A DNA stretch of 63,095 bases, counting the filler, from Porpidia crustulata (taxonomy: Eukaryota), in NCBI GenBank assembly GCA_964255105.1. It is 16 parts of 16 records of this genome, joined end to end, with 100 filler letters (N's around TTAATTAATTAA, not from the genome) between each part and the next. Parts side by side here need not be neighbours in the genome. Positions count along the whole stretch, not along the records: positions 35,624 to 39,469 come from CAXUWE010002212.1; positions 39,570 to 43,413 come from CAXUWE010002213.1; positions 43,514 to 47,355 come from CAXUWE010002214.1; positions 47,456 to 51,295 come from CAXUWE010002215.1; 12 more parts are not named here. The stretch is one strand, 5' to 3'. Below are positions 36,251 through 47,714 of the stretch, piece after piece. The translations under genes and the position numbers were made by a program. Below the pieces are notes generated by a model, which saw nothing but the letters and a program-made list of their open reading frames with translations, was not told the origin of the DNA and searched no databases. Numbering within the stretch: the stretch's first letter is position 1; every line of letters begins with the position of its first letter.

Positions 36251-38298
36251 ATAGCAGATTTTCCTTCCCAAACACTCCTACCTGGTTTTGGTAAACCGCT
36301 CAAGACATATTCAGATCCAGTAACGAGACAGAAATTCTTCCCTTCTGCACTTATTGGGACAAATTATCAGTATGTTTAGTTTTTGAACTATTTCCATGTC
36401 TGAATTTTCTTCCTCACTAAGTCAGTCGGTCCGATATAGGGGCGCTCTTCTCAGCGTTCGTGAACGTACCATGATGGAGCTTATGAACCGCCTCAGCGAT
36501 AAAATGACCTGGAATGTAAAGGTCTTCGATGACAAGATCAATGCCAAGTGGAAGACCGAAGCATTGAACACTCCAGATGTTGATCTCTCAGAAAAGATGG
36601 TTGACTGGGTAGGAATTCTCTTAGGCGAACTACTTGAATACTTTCTGTTCATCCATTTCATTCGATTTCTTCTTTCATACAAGATGTGCTTCACTCCGAT
36701 CATCTAACGCTGCCTAGTGTATTGCCGAGCTCAAATACAAAGCACAATTATTCGACGAAACAAACTCCATTGAAGTGCTTAATGGTGTCTTCAAGTCCGA
36801 TACCGTCATTCCGGAAGATCTCAGAAGGAGCTTACAAAGCGCTGCATACCCGCTTGAAAAGGTCCCAGATCATCAGAAAGATTGGCATCCGGGATCCGGA
36901 GAACAGGTGCTAGATCTTGTTCACCCTTCGCTTTACCCGCTTTTGTATGGACAGACTAGGGTCCTTTCAGATGGGGTTGTCAGCTTAGATGACTGCATTA
37001 AACGCTATTTTGAAGGCGAAATAGCTGTGGCTTCTCCCAAACAAGTCGTAGTAGAGCACCCGTTCATCCCTTTTGAAGAGCGGCAAGTGAACAACGCCTG
37101 GTCGTATAAATTTCAGTGGCTTCCTAGCGAGTTTGTAACTCCCTTTGATGTGGATGATGTCAAGTAGGTAAACAATGGCCATGTTGTAATGAAATATCTA
37201 GTTGACCTCGCTAAACCTCGTGACGTCGCTAAACCTCGAATACATATGGAAGGCACTGGTTACGAACAAGAATTTGAATATCCTGAGAAAGAATCAGACT
37301 AGACAAACGATGATTATCATCAGAGGTTTCAACGAATGGAGGCCGAGCAAAAAATCGTTCTACTCGAGCCTGGAGAGTTCAATACTCTGAAGGGGAGATC
37401 ACAAGCAAACATCGTCAACCTACGCAAAGAATTTAAACAATTACAAATCATCATTAAACTTGCAAACATTCATCTCACACGAGAGAAGCCAGCTTACGAA
37501 GGTGGTTCTTGGCACGTCGAAGGACAGCTGAACGAGAGCATGCAAGCTACATCTCGATCTTGAACTTATTCTGGTAATTCTGGTAGCAACTTCATAGATG
37601 TGCCACTGCTCTTTACTATTACGACTCCCACAACATCAGCGAAAGCATGCTCGCTTTCCGCCATCAGGTCCAAGAGGAAGCCGACATGGATTTGGATTAC
37701 AGGCAGAACGACCTCCGTGCTGTGGAGACTATATTTGTTTTTGAAAATGAGGATCCCCTAGTCCAGGAGCTCGGCAGTGTCGTCACAAAAGTGTGTCGCT
37801 CATGAGAGCCTGGAAGCAACATAAGCTAATACTTTTCCCAGAAAGGTCGACTCTTTACATTCCCAAATGTTGTTCTGGCACTAGTCAAATTGTACGCATG
37901 GTCACTGACTTCAAACAAGGTCTATCAACATCGCGTCTCCCCCTTCCACTTGTCCGACTCCAGCCGCCCAGGTCATCGCAAGATCTTAGCCCTCTTCCTC
38001 GTAGATCCACATGGAAAGATCATCAGTACCAAAAATGTCCCCGTTCAACAAAAAGAATGGTGGGCAGAAAACATTCGCGGTATAGGACTTTTGGGAGAAG
38101 TCCCACCCGAAATCAATGATCGAATTATAGAGGTATGCAGTAGATAATGTATGACTCTCTAATTCTTAGGTGCCTTATTTTTGGCGGCAGCTGATGGGAG
38201 ACTTTCCCGTATCGTTGGATGTAGCAAAAAGGCAGAGGTTGGAATTGATGGAGGAGAGGAAAATCTTGTATGGCCGAAGCTCCTTCACGAGTGGTTAG
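36251..38298 (+). pseudogene. DUF4246-family gene, probably degenerate
   Basis: Motifs LPGFGKPL, DWHPGS..VLDLVHPSLYP, FQWLPSEF, KLANIHLT..YEGGSWHVEG, QHRVSPF..RPGHRKILALFLVDP. ATA stands at the expected start, an in-frame TAG is at 37300, and the usual YINNLHP segment is not seen. Confidence 0.65.
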
Positions 38299-40359
38299 AG
38301 TCCAAAGCTAAGGGATAATTGTAGTAAAGAGAAGCAAGGAGAGGATTTTCTCAGGAAACATCATTTTTCGGTATGTGCCCAGCGATTGATTCTTTCGCAT
38401 ACGGAAAAGAGACCACTGATGGGTTTGGTAGCTTTGCGAGCATTGAGGAAAAGCCATGCTTGTGTTCCCCGGCAAGGACACAATAGTCACCACGCCTTTA
38501 GTGTCCAAAGCCAACGTTCTCTGTCGTATCATCCCAGTGTCGACAGGCGAGCTTGCCAAGCGCCTCGGATTGCTGCACTTACTTCGTCTTCCCCAAAAAG
38601 CCTAACCAAAAATCGGGTTCCCAGTTTTCCAATCCACCGTCAGCCCAACGGCTTCTAGGTAGATCTGTCTTTACATCGTGACACCGCTACTCAATTTCGC
38701 CTACTTCATACGTTCTTAGGAATTATACGTACAAAGCACGTCCTAACTCGTTAATGACGAATGGCTATCAACCCTCAACGCTTTCATCTGTCGTGTTGTT
38801 GCGACCGCTAGCGCATGACGCAACCTCAAAATTCCATAAATCTCGATTTCTTTATCGAAATTCCGTAGCCGCGAAACATCTCAACATCCCTCGCGTTTCA
38901 ATCTTCCACCTCTATGATCCACTCCATCTTCGTCCTGATTTACACCATCGTCGTGTTTCCATTCCATTTCAATCCTTAAGCTCGATCATCCCCGTTCGCC
39001 CCAACCTTCAAACCCATCAATCGCTCCATAATCAAAACCTTCAAAATTGAAACCACCCGCTTCGCCAACGTTGTCACTTTCGGGCTGCTCGGTACTGCAC
39101 CAGATCATGCAGCTAGTTTTTTTGCAGCTCTCGGATTCGGTATGGTTTTGTAACAAAATTTGGTCATGGTTTCCGTCTTTGGTTGAAAATGCTCTCGTAT
39201 TTCTGTATGTTATATTTTATCCGGCCGCTCCCTCCTATTCTGCTCCAGAGCAGTATCTTGCCTGCCGAGATGCTAGATCTTCTCTATTTATCTGTAAATC
39301 CTTTCGGCTATATCTTTAAACTCCTTCAGCCTCACCTTGACCTACTACTACGCTATAGCGCACCCAACCGTTCGTCCCGCATCCAATGCTCTCACTTTCA
39401 CTCTTTCGAATTCCCTCTTCAGCCGCGGAATCAGCAGGTCGCTAATCTTTGAACCTACCTCTACTGTCANNNNNNNNNNNNNNNNNNNNNNNNNNNNNNN
39501 NNNNNNNNNNNNNTTAATTAATTAANNNNNNNNNNNNNNNNNNNNNNNNNNNNNNNNNNNNNNNNNNNNGATGAAGGAAAGGCTGGGTTTGACAAGGGGG
39601 TGGAATAGATAATTCTGAGGTTAGCATAGGTAGAGTTGATGCGGAGTCGATTTCTGGAGGATTCTTGAGAAATTACTGGGGACTGTGCACGCGAGTTCGG
39701 GATCAGGTTTTTGGCTGATGGGTTATTGGGTGTGGAGATGTGTGGTTAGGTTGGTGTGGGATATTCTACGGACGAGTGATGTTTATACGGGATATTCATC
39801 ATAATGTTAACGGCATAAGGGATTGGTGGTATGAGATGGGTTTCATTTATTATGTACTTGTTGATTGGTGGAAGGTTTATTTTTGATAGAGTTGCTTTGG
39901 AGTTGGTCTTCCGATGAATGTGTTGGGGGTACGATATGCACTGTGTATGGTTGACGGATAATAAAAGTGGTACTGAAGGCATGCTTCTTGCAGGATGCAT
40001 ACGTAAAACGTTTGGGAAAGCGGATCACGAGTGACATGAAGGAAAGATTGAAATGATTTTTTGAACGTGCCCGCTATTGTTTATCTTCTCGAATTTTTAG
40101 TATCCAAGATGGAGTGGGGGGGAATTCATACATGACGGAGGCAAATAACCATGGCCTCCAGGATTTGTGCACACTTTAGTGTAGACGCTTATAAAAATGA
40201 AGGCGCTAGGCAAACAACTATCATACGACTCATTTATCAATTAGTGACTGCGTCAAGCATCTTAGAATAAGCTACTAACATACAGATAGGGCGCGATGAA
40301 AGGCGATCCATTCGACTTGACGACTTTCGTGTGCAGAATCAAAGGACCGCCTAGAATCA

Positions 40360-41082
40360 GCGGCAAACTTTCGTCGTCAATGTCGAACAACTGGAAGATT
40401 GCTTGTGTGTGGATCATGGTGGGCTCAGCCACCACGTATGCTTGTGCATAGTATTTGGCCAGAGATTGAAGCCTTTTCAACAACAACAAGCTGCATGGTT
40501 GATGCACCAACCGGCTTTCCAGCAATGGTTAAAGTCACAGGAGTCGTAGATGCTTGTCATTGACGGTATGAAAACATCGATGAGTATAGGTACTGTATGA
40601 CCACTGACGTATTCTTCAGCGTCGGTAACCCAAGCACTAGAAAGTTTTCCGGAAGCAGTTGCACTGCCTCTTCTCTGTGGTCTACACGCCAAGCCGTAGG
40701 ATAACCTCGAAGGTACTCAAGGTGTCAGAAGGTGCTTTGCGTCTCAAATTCTTTCGCAAGATTGGGACTTTGATTGCGTGTCCTAAATTAGATTGATGAA
40801 TGCAAAATCCCTCAACTCTGCAAAGTATTTAGAAATCTGCTGACTTCAGCGCCGGATAACATCACTCTTTTTTGCATGATCGACGATATATTTTGGTTTG
40901 AGAATGAGGCTCGTTCTGGCAATCTCAGCACCAGGGTAGTGTATCTGCAGCGATTGGTGGATGAGTTTCAGAGTGATTCTTACACTATCAACCTCAAGGT
41001 CCTGTTCACAAGTCCAAATACAAGCCATTCTGCTCGCGTATTGAGTAGACCAGAAGACCAATTGACGAGATTTTGGGAATAA
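40360..41082 (+). pseudogene. Decayed NACHT-like (inactive NTPase-type) gene fragment
   Basis: Reads QQAAWLMHQPAFQQWLKSQES*MLVIDG...LLCGLH...SQIL, then frameshifts to LCKVFRNLL..LFCMIDDIFWFE...KVLFTSP. In-frame stops at 40547, 40598 and 40697. Confidence 0.6.
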
Positions 41083-41415
41083 TGGACAAGGCTTGAGCAT
41101 TCTGCATCTGGCTGCAACAACAAGTCGGGTCATATATTCATGATAAGATGGCGACTTGGTTCCGTACGATACAGCTGCATGCGATAGTATTCGTTCTACT
41201 TCGATGGAATAAGTCCACGAGGTATGAACATTGCATTCAGAAATTTATCAATTCAAAGAGGAATTCAACTTCTATAATGTCTTTAAGCCTTGAACGTCAA
41301 GTACAAGCTCGACATATCAATAAAGAGCAAGCGTGGCCTACTTCCAGGCCTCTGGATCCTGCGCAAAGTCTCACCCCGAAGATTAGACCACTCGCCTTTC
41401 AAGTTGATGTATTAG

Positions 41416-42255
41416 TCAAAATCCATCCCGTTTCCTGCTGATGGAAGTAATCAGTCCCTGGCGAAAGTTCTCCAGTTGCCCCTGAGAACCCGGAAGTATG
41501 CGTACGAAGGGCCCATACATAACATCCGGACGTTTGATATTCCTGATTTCTAACAAGGGCTTCACCCATTCGTCATCGAGTGCAAAGTCTTGACCAGAAA
41601 ATTGCAACTGAATTTTCAAGCTCGTAAGCTTCATGTCATTTGCTACGATATGCCAAAACCGTTTCCATATTGCAAAGTCATAGAAACCCTCTTTTACGTC
41701 TGTATGGCCGGTATAGCTTGCCAGCAACGGACGCACGCGCCAAGTAACAATTACGTGCAAATGCTTCAGGGTCAAGAGACGCTGTGGGCCCAAGCAGTCT
41801 TTGCCGAAGTGTATGAATGTCCTGATGTCATCGGTGACGAAATTATTGGTACTGTAGAGGATATCGACAGCCTCTCTATAAACCTGGCGACAGGCCAGTA
41901 AGAAAGCTGTATTGATTACTGGAGATTGAAAAGGGTCCGCTTCCAACGGGTCCCAATTGGCCCCGATCATGCTGGGAACTACGACACTTGAATATTGGGA
42001 CGGCAATTCCGTGTCTTGATTCCGCGTATGGACAAGATGGATTGTTTGACCGCCCAGAGCATATTCATAAACGCGTAGTCGAAGCTCTATTGGGAGACGC
42101 TCAAAGAAGGAGCAAGCTGATCCTTTGGGAAGAGGAACAACGAGAGGACTCTTTGAAGCATTCGATGGCTGGGGTATTTGTTCTAGCTGGGATATCGGCT
42201 TACTTGGTTTGGTATTTGGTTCTGTGAGGCTACCGCAACACAGCAGTAATGGCAT
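41416..42255 (-). CDS. F-box-like/DUF7730-type hypothetical protein
   Basis: SFFERLPIELRLRVYEYALGG and FLLACRQVYREAVDILYSTNNF. Likely start MPLLLCCG at 42255. Confidence 0.75.
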   Translation of the reverse strand: MPLLLCCGSLTEPNTKPSKPISQLEQIPQPSNASKSPLVVPLPKGSACSFFERLPIELRLRVYEYALGGQTIHLVHTRNQDTELPSQYSSVVVPSMIGANWDPLEADPFQSPVINTAFLLACRQVYREAVDILYSTNNFVTDDIRTFIHFGKDCLGPQRLLTLKHLHVIVTWRVRPLLASYTGHTDVKEGFYDFAIWKRFWHIVANDMKLTSLKIQLQFSGQDFALDDEWVKPLLEIRNIKRPDVMYGPFVRILPGSQGQLENFRQGLITSISRKRDGF

Positions 42256-42434
42256 GTGCAAATGGGTAAAGAAACGATCACGTCTTGTACTGGTATGAGA
42301 CATGATTAAGATCAATGGAGATTGAGCCAATGGATGATTCTAGACCTCTGGTATCTTGCAACAAATGGCCCTTCAAACATAAGGGTCATGGATAATTGTC
42401 CATTGAAGAAGGTAAATGGTTAGGCAAAGATCTA

Positions 42435-42527
42435 TTCGTTCTCATCCCTCAACGGGCCAGCCATCCTAGGGTTAGGGTTGTATCTACTAATTTTGATTAG
42501 GGTGGTCCGTTGAGGGGTGAAAACGAG
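42435..42527 (+). mobile_element. Telomere-core MITE, subtype A; full length (93 bp) with TA on both flanks
   Basis: TA | TTCGTTCTCATCCCTCAACGG ... CTAGGGTTAGGGTT (42466-42479) ... CCGTTGAGGGGTGAAAACGAG | TA. Confidence 0.88.
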
Positions 42528-43006
42528 TACTTGCATAGGGCTGATCGCCAATCAGCGTCTCGCGAGGCTCTCAATCATTCTCGACCACCACCACCATTTG
42601 TCGTATCCAGATCGAACCCGGCTGAACAACAGGCCAGGAGAATGGACATTCGTCAGCAGTACCTAAGGATGCTACATGCTTTCAATATGTCTGCCGTCCA
42701 GCTCGCTAAACACGAACCTATTCGGAAAGCCACCTTCAGCCCTCGCTGCAGCTTTGGAATCATATCTCCTGTCAAAGGCTGCTATCATCAGATGTTTCTC
42801 GCTTTTCTCGCTTCTCGTTCATCTTTCAGATGCACACCATTGTTCATCGAATTTTGCCTCTCGTATAAAGTATCCGCATGTCTCTGTTCGTTCTGTAACG
42901 TTGAATATACATCGCTTCAGCTGAGATTGGCCATTTGAAGCAGCTCTCCTCCCAAACTATCTCATTTCCAACTGGAAAGCGCTTTCATCCAAAATCTTCA
43001 AGACTC

Positions 43007-43413
43007 ATGATGCGTCTCTCACTTCTTTCCTCAGCCTTATTCGTCTATTTGAGAATCGCACCCACCGTCTCGACTGCCATTCCCGAGGCACTCGATCGCG
43101 GCATAGAACTACAAAAGCGAGGCTGCAACCAAGACAACGTCCTCCGCGCCCTCGAAGCTCACAGCTCCGACGCCTTGAGATTTTGCTCGTATTACAATCA
43201 CATTCCCACGTTGACCGTCTACACGGTAACGCCAACCACCGGTGTGGCACCCGTCGTGTAAGCTTCACCAAAAACCCAACGCAAAGCCGTAATCCTTTGC
43301 TACAATTCATACTAACGAACCACCTCTGCCAAAGATCCACCACATCGTATACAACCTACCTCACCGTCTATCCCAACGGCAAACACCTCGAATCCATCGC
43401 CCCGCCCTCCTAC
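43007..43413 (+). CDS. Secreted protein with a CNxDNxLRAL..FC motif; 3' truncated
   Basis: Signal peptide MMRLSLLSSALFVYL..TA, a Kex2-like KR site, then GCNQDNVLRALEAHSSDALRFCSYY and a Thr-rich region. Confidence 0.75.
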
Positions 43414-43513
43414 NNNNNNNNNNNNNNNNNNNNNNNNNNNNNNNNNNNNNNNNNNNNTTAATTAATTAANNNNNNNNNNNNNNNNNNNNNNNNNNNNNNN
43501 NNNNNNNNNNNNN

Positions 43514-44305
43514 CCCCCCCCTTTACTGACTCGCTCTTTAGTTTTGCGAGGATTAGCCAGCAGTAGTTCCAGCTGCGGGTACTTGTCGGGTCGCCGATGA
43601 CTTGCCACTTTGCTTCGTCCAGGCACTCCGAGCTAAAGGGGTAGTTTTTCGTGAGGCCTCGGAGCTCGCTAAGGAGGTTGTTGGAGTTGACGTAGTAGGC
43701 CCAGGCGCTGGTCATTGGTTCCGTAACTTCCGCTGAGTTGAGCGCCGCAAAGACCTTCTCGATGCGACGGAGTTCCGTTAGGGTGTTGACTCGATGCGTT
43801 TGCAGCGAGCGGATTAGTTGCTGTTTTTCATTCTAGAGATCAATTAGCAAAGTTCTTGGCGAGACTGAATCGAGCCGCGACTTATACTGACTGTGCTTAT
43901 TTGTTTTGCGTTACTCATTATTCCTATTGTACCTCTGTACTTCTGAGGATTGGGTGAATCGTAGATGGAGCTGCTTGCCGAGGAAGAAGAATAGGAAGAC
44001 ATGGATGTTTGAGCTGGATAGTCGATCGATAACAAGCCCTTCAATTCCGGATTCAACAAGGTGGACGGATTTGGAGATGTCGATTGTGATTGAGAAGAGA
44101 GGGCTGCGAAACTGTAGGATTGGATTTCAGGAATCTGGGCGTATGGCGAGATGTAAGGAGGTGAAGATCTGCCGTCTGTTGTGAAATAGTTTGAAATATG
44201 GGGTCGAGTTTGTTGTGTTGTGGATTGTTCTGCTTTTGGGCTGTCTGAACGCTCTTCTATTGGACTGCTTCGCTGATGATAATGGGAAGGAGACTGCTGA
44301 GACAT
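43514..44305 (-). CDS. Fungal hypothetical protein; 2+ exons, 3' truncated
   Basis: Ser-rich exon 1 (MSQQSPSHYHQ), then LIRSLQTHRVNTLTELRRIEK...AWAYYVNSNNLLSELRGLTKNYPFSSECLDEAK. Confidence 0.6.
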
Positions 44306-45649
44306 TTGAGAACTAAGGACAACGACAGATTATATAGACAAGGCGATTCTGGAATGATGCAGCAACGCAATTTGGAATAGCTTATGCACTTCTTGAAGGT
44401 GTAGGCTCAAAAATCCTAGCGGTGTGAAAGAGACCAATGCGTGATTAGCAGAGCAGTGGCAAATCTAACGAGACTAGAATTTGATGTTGAAGAAGACGAA
44501 GGAAAATAGGAGATTTGTGAGCACCATGCATTAGCAATTACTTTGGATGAGTTTCAGTGTGACAGGACCTCCTTATAATCTTCTGACAATCTGACACAGA
44601 TTAGAGAGCTTGGCCATATTGAAGACTTTGTATTCCACCCCCCACTCCAGCTCCAAGGATTCTCCATCTGTTAGATCCAATCTGGCTTAACCTTGTCAGA
44701 CATAAGATGGATAGCCAACCGGAGGTCCATTATCCGAAATGGTTTACCTGGCTGATGGGAACGGTATTTCCACGTGGGTGGATGGTCTGCCCTTGCATAA
44801 TCGATGGCAGAGTATGACAGGCGCAGCAGGAACCAGATTTAGGAGTTGACCCCAATCCGATCTCGGGAGTCGGGTCCATCAGCAACGGACTCTAGAAAGA
44901 TGTTTGGAGGTCACGACATGGATTAGGTCCGTAGTGTCGAAGCCAGTACGAATGCTGATGACTCCAATGTGCGTTGAGAACGTCAAGTGGTGTCGTCCAA
45001 GTTGGAATGGGTAAGATGACACCATTAGCCGCTCGATGACTGCCTAAACGGGGACGTATCGCTGCGTAAGAGCCTTTGCACTGCCTCAACGATGCTCTTG
45101 AAAAGGTCAAGCCAAGTTTAATATTTAGACGTAGAACTTTTGATAACCTTCTACGAGGGTGAAGAAACCCGTCGTTGGGTTTGTCCAGGAGCTTTCAAAT
45201 CGGATATCGGCGACTATTACATGCAGCTAAGCCCTATCAAGTATCCTAAAATAGGCATTCAAATAACGTGAGAAATGTACAAAATTAGCTCACATTAGCT
45301 CAGGTAGGTATATTAAGGGCCATTCATGGATTTAGAAATAGACGCCGGAGCCAATGAGATGCTCATCACTCAGCGAAGAAATTCGGGAAACAAGCCAAAC
45401 ATTCCATGACTCTTGCAATACTCTTCTTCAAAGTCAAAGGAAGCTATGACTATCACAGTCTCAAAGTCAGCTGCACCTTTTATGGCACAGTTGAGGCGTT
45501 GCGCGACCGCATTGCTTGCCCATTGGATCCGATAAAAGCTAACAGAAATCCCATGCACAGAGCCACTTTCGGATTACTGAAGCGCAGGTCAGACGAGTTT
45601 CCAAGGTTGTCAATCACACATGCAGGTACCATCTAAGGGTGTCGCACAT

Positions 45650-47066
45650 CCACGTGGAAACAACGTGGAAAGATGCCCCCTGCATAAGCCTTCTCACCTC
45701 GTGGTTGCAACCTTTAGCTCTATACTCATTAAGAACGAAGTTTCCTCATGCTGTCAGACTGCTATCTAATCAATCAGAACCCCAGCCTCTATGCCTGATC
45801 TTGTGCAGTATGCCACAGCCCAACATCTCAGCCAGGTCGTATACATCAGGGCTTAGCAGTCTTTACATTTTCTGTAATGACCTGTATTCCGAAGTTTCCC
45901 GTGTATCTCAAGCCTCTGAAGCCTAAGGCGCAAGATCGATCTCTGGACAAAGGTTACCTCTTTCGAAGTCTCCCACCACAGCCTTGAACCTTCAATCTTG
46001 CAACCCATGCCTGACCTTGCGTACGTTTCTAAAAATATCATGGAAATCCTTCACATTGATTGAAAGTATGTTTACAAGCTGTCGGCATGCGGCAGCATTC
46101 AGCGATTCGGACGGACTTGTGAACCAACCTTCAGATTTCAACGTGATACAGGTATGAGCACTCCGATAGCACGTACGAGTGGATTCACGTGTGTGATCTA
46201 TGTCAAATGCCACATCATCCACCTCGAAAGCTGGAGTTTCCGCAATATCCGGTAACGGTACCTGATACATAGCTGCCTCGTTGTCAATCCTGCTCAAGCA
46301 CACTGCGACGCTCCCCGGAAAGTCTCTTATCTATCTCTGTCCAAGTTGAAGTATTTGATTTTTGACGAAGCAGACAAGTTCATCATCTCAAATTGGCAAG
46401 AAGATCTTGAGAAGTTGCAAATGTACTATTTGGAAGATGAAACACTACATCACTGACTGTTCGCATTGCATATTTCATACGATGATCAGGATGAGACACG
46501 CGAGAGAGGTATTTTGAGCAAGGAGTTCTTGACCATCGATGAGCACCTGAAAAATGCCAGGGTGAATTTTTGTATAAACTTGTCGCCTAGACGATTGTTT
46601 ACAAGGAGGAAGATCGATTCAGCGCCGTCACACTGAGTTTCTGATTCTTCACCAATCTCGTTTTCAAAAGGTCTGCATGGCGGCTTGCTTTGGTTGAGAT
46701 CAAGGTCTTTGGCAATAACACATCTGGATGATTGGAGAAATGATCTTAGACGGCGCTTCATGGAGGTCTACCCAAAACGGCAACAGGCGCTCCGAGATTT
46801 TGCCAATGGCCATTGTAAGATCACGATAACTTCCCAAGAAGTCGGCGTTTTCGGGCTTAAGCTGAGCAATGCACATTAAGACTGGTCAATATGCCAAAGC
46901 ATCTTCACGACTACAAGTCATTCGTCGGTCGCGTGAGACGAACGGGAAATTCTGTAATGGCCATTGTTTATATTGATTCGGGCGATATTTCGTACTTCAA
47001 AAGACTTGGTGAGTTCTGGAGGATGATCGGACAACAAGTGCCTACCGACTTGGAAGACATGATTTA
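45650..47066 (+). pseudogene. Heavily decayed DEAD-box RNA helicase
   Basis: KYLIFDEADK (DEAD at 46364-46375), RQQALRDFANG, and NMPKHLHDYKSFVGRVRRTGN..A..Y..D...QQVPTDL (motif VI-like). The fragments are spread over several frames with stops; the 5' boundary is approximate. Confidence 0.55.
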
Positions 47067-47714
47067 GGAACGCAGCGAATCAGCTGCGGGCAGAGGACAA
47101 GTAAGTAATCTTGATGGCAACCAACGATCATCAGGAGACGACTTAAATGTTGGATCACGAGATAGCCAGAAGTATGCTGCTCCACAAAGACAAAAGCTTT
47201 TGTCAGTCTCGAGTGTCTTCATGTAAACAGAAGGCATTCCACAACCCGTGGCTTCGTGCACGACACCTTTGAGTAGAAGTAGCATATTGACAAAGTAGAA
47301 CACGAAGGGAGAAAGGCCACGATCCGCGACTCCGTAATTCTCATATCTTCATAACNNNNNNNNNNNNNNNNNNNNNNNNNNNNNNNNNNNNNNNNNNNNT
47401 TAATTAATTAANNNNNNNNNNNNNNNNNNNNNNNNNNNNNNNNNNNNNNNNNNNNATGCCTATTGTGCAATACTACCTCCAGAAATACAACAACATTGTC
47501 AGTCTGAATCGATGCCCCAGCGCTTTAAAGCGGAAATAGCGTCTCCTTCCATCGACCCATCCATGCTCCGGCCCTATTATTCTTGATAAGAACCAAGTTG
47601 CCCCTTACAATGTCCTCAATAAATATCGTAAGGCGAACGTTGCCTCGATATAAACACCAATGATATAAGACTTCGTGGCAGCACTGGCTATTTGCAACGA
47701 TGCGTGGTCTCCAA

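Noticed and set aside
42435..42527. Reading the TIR elements as CRISPR repeats, true telomeres or telomerase RNA
   Set aside because: The context is eukaryotic and the copies are dispersed single units rather than an array. Each has only about two TTAGGG units internal to a contig, and multicopy TA-flanked TIRs fit a MITE better than a single-copy telomerase RNA template.
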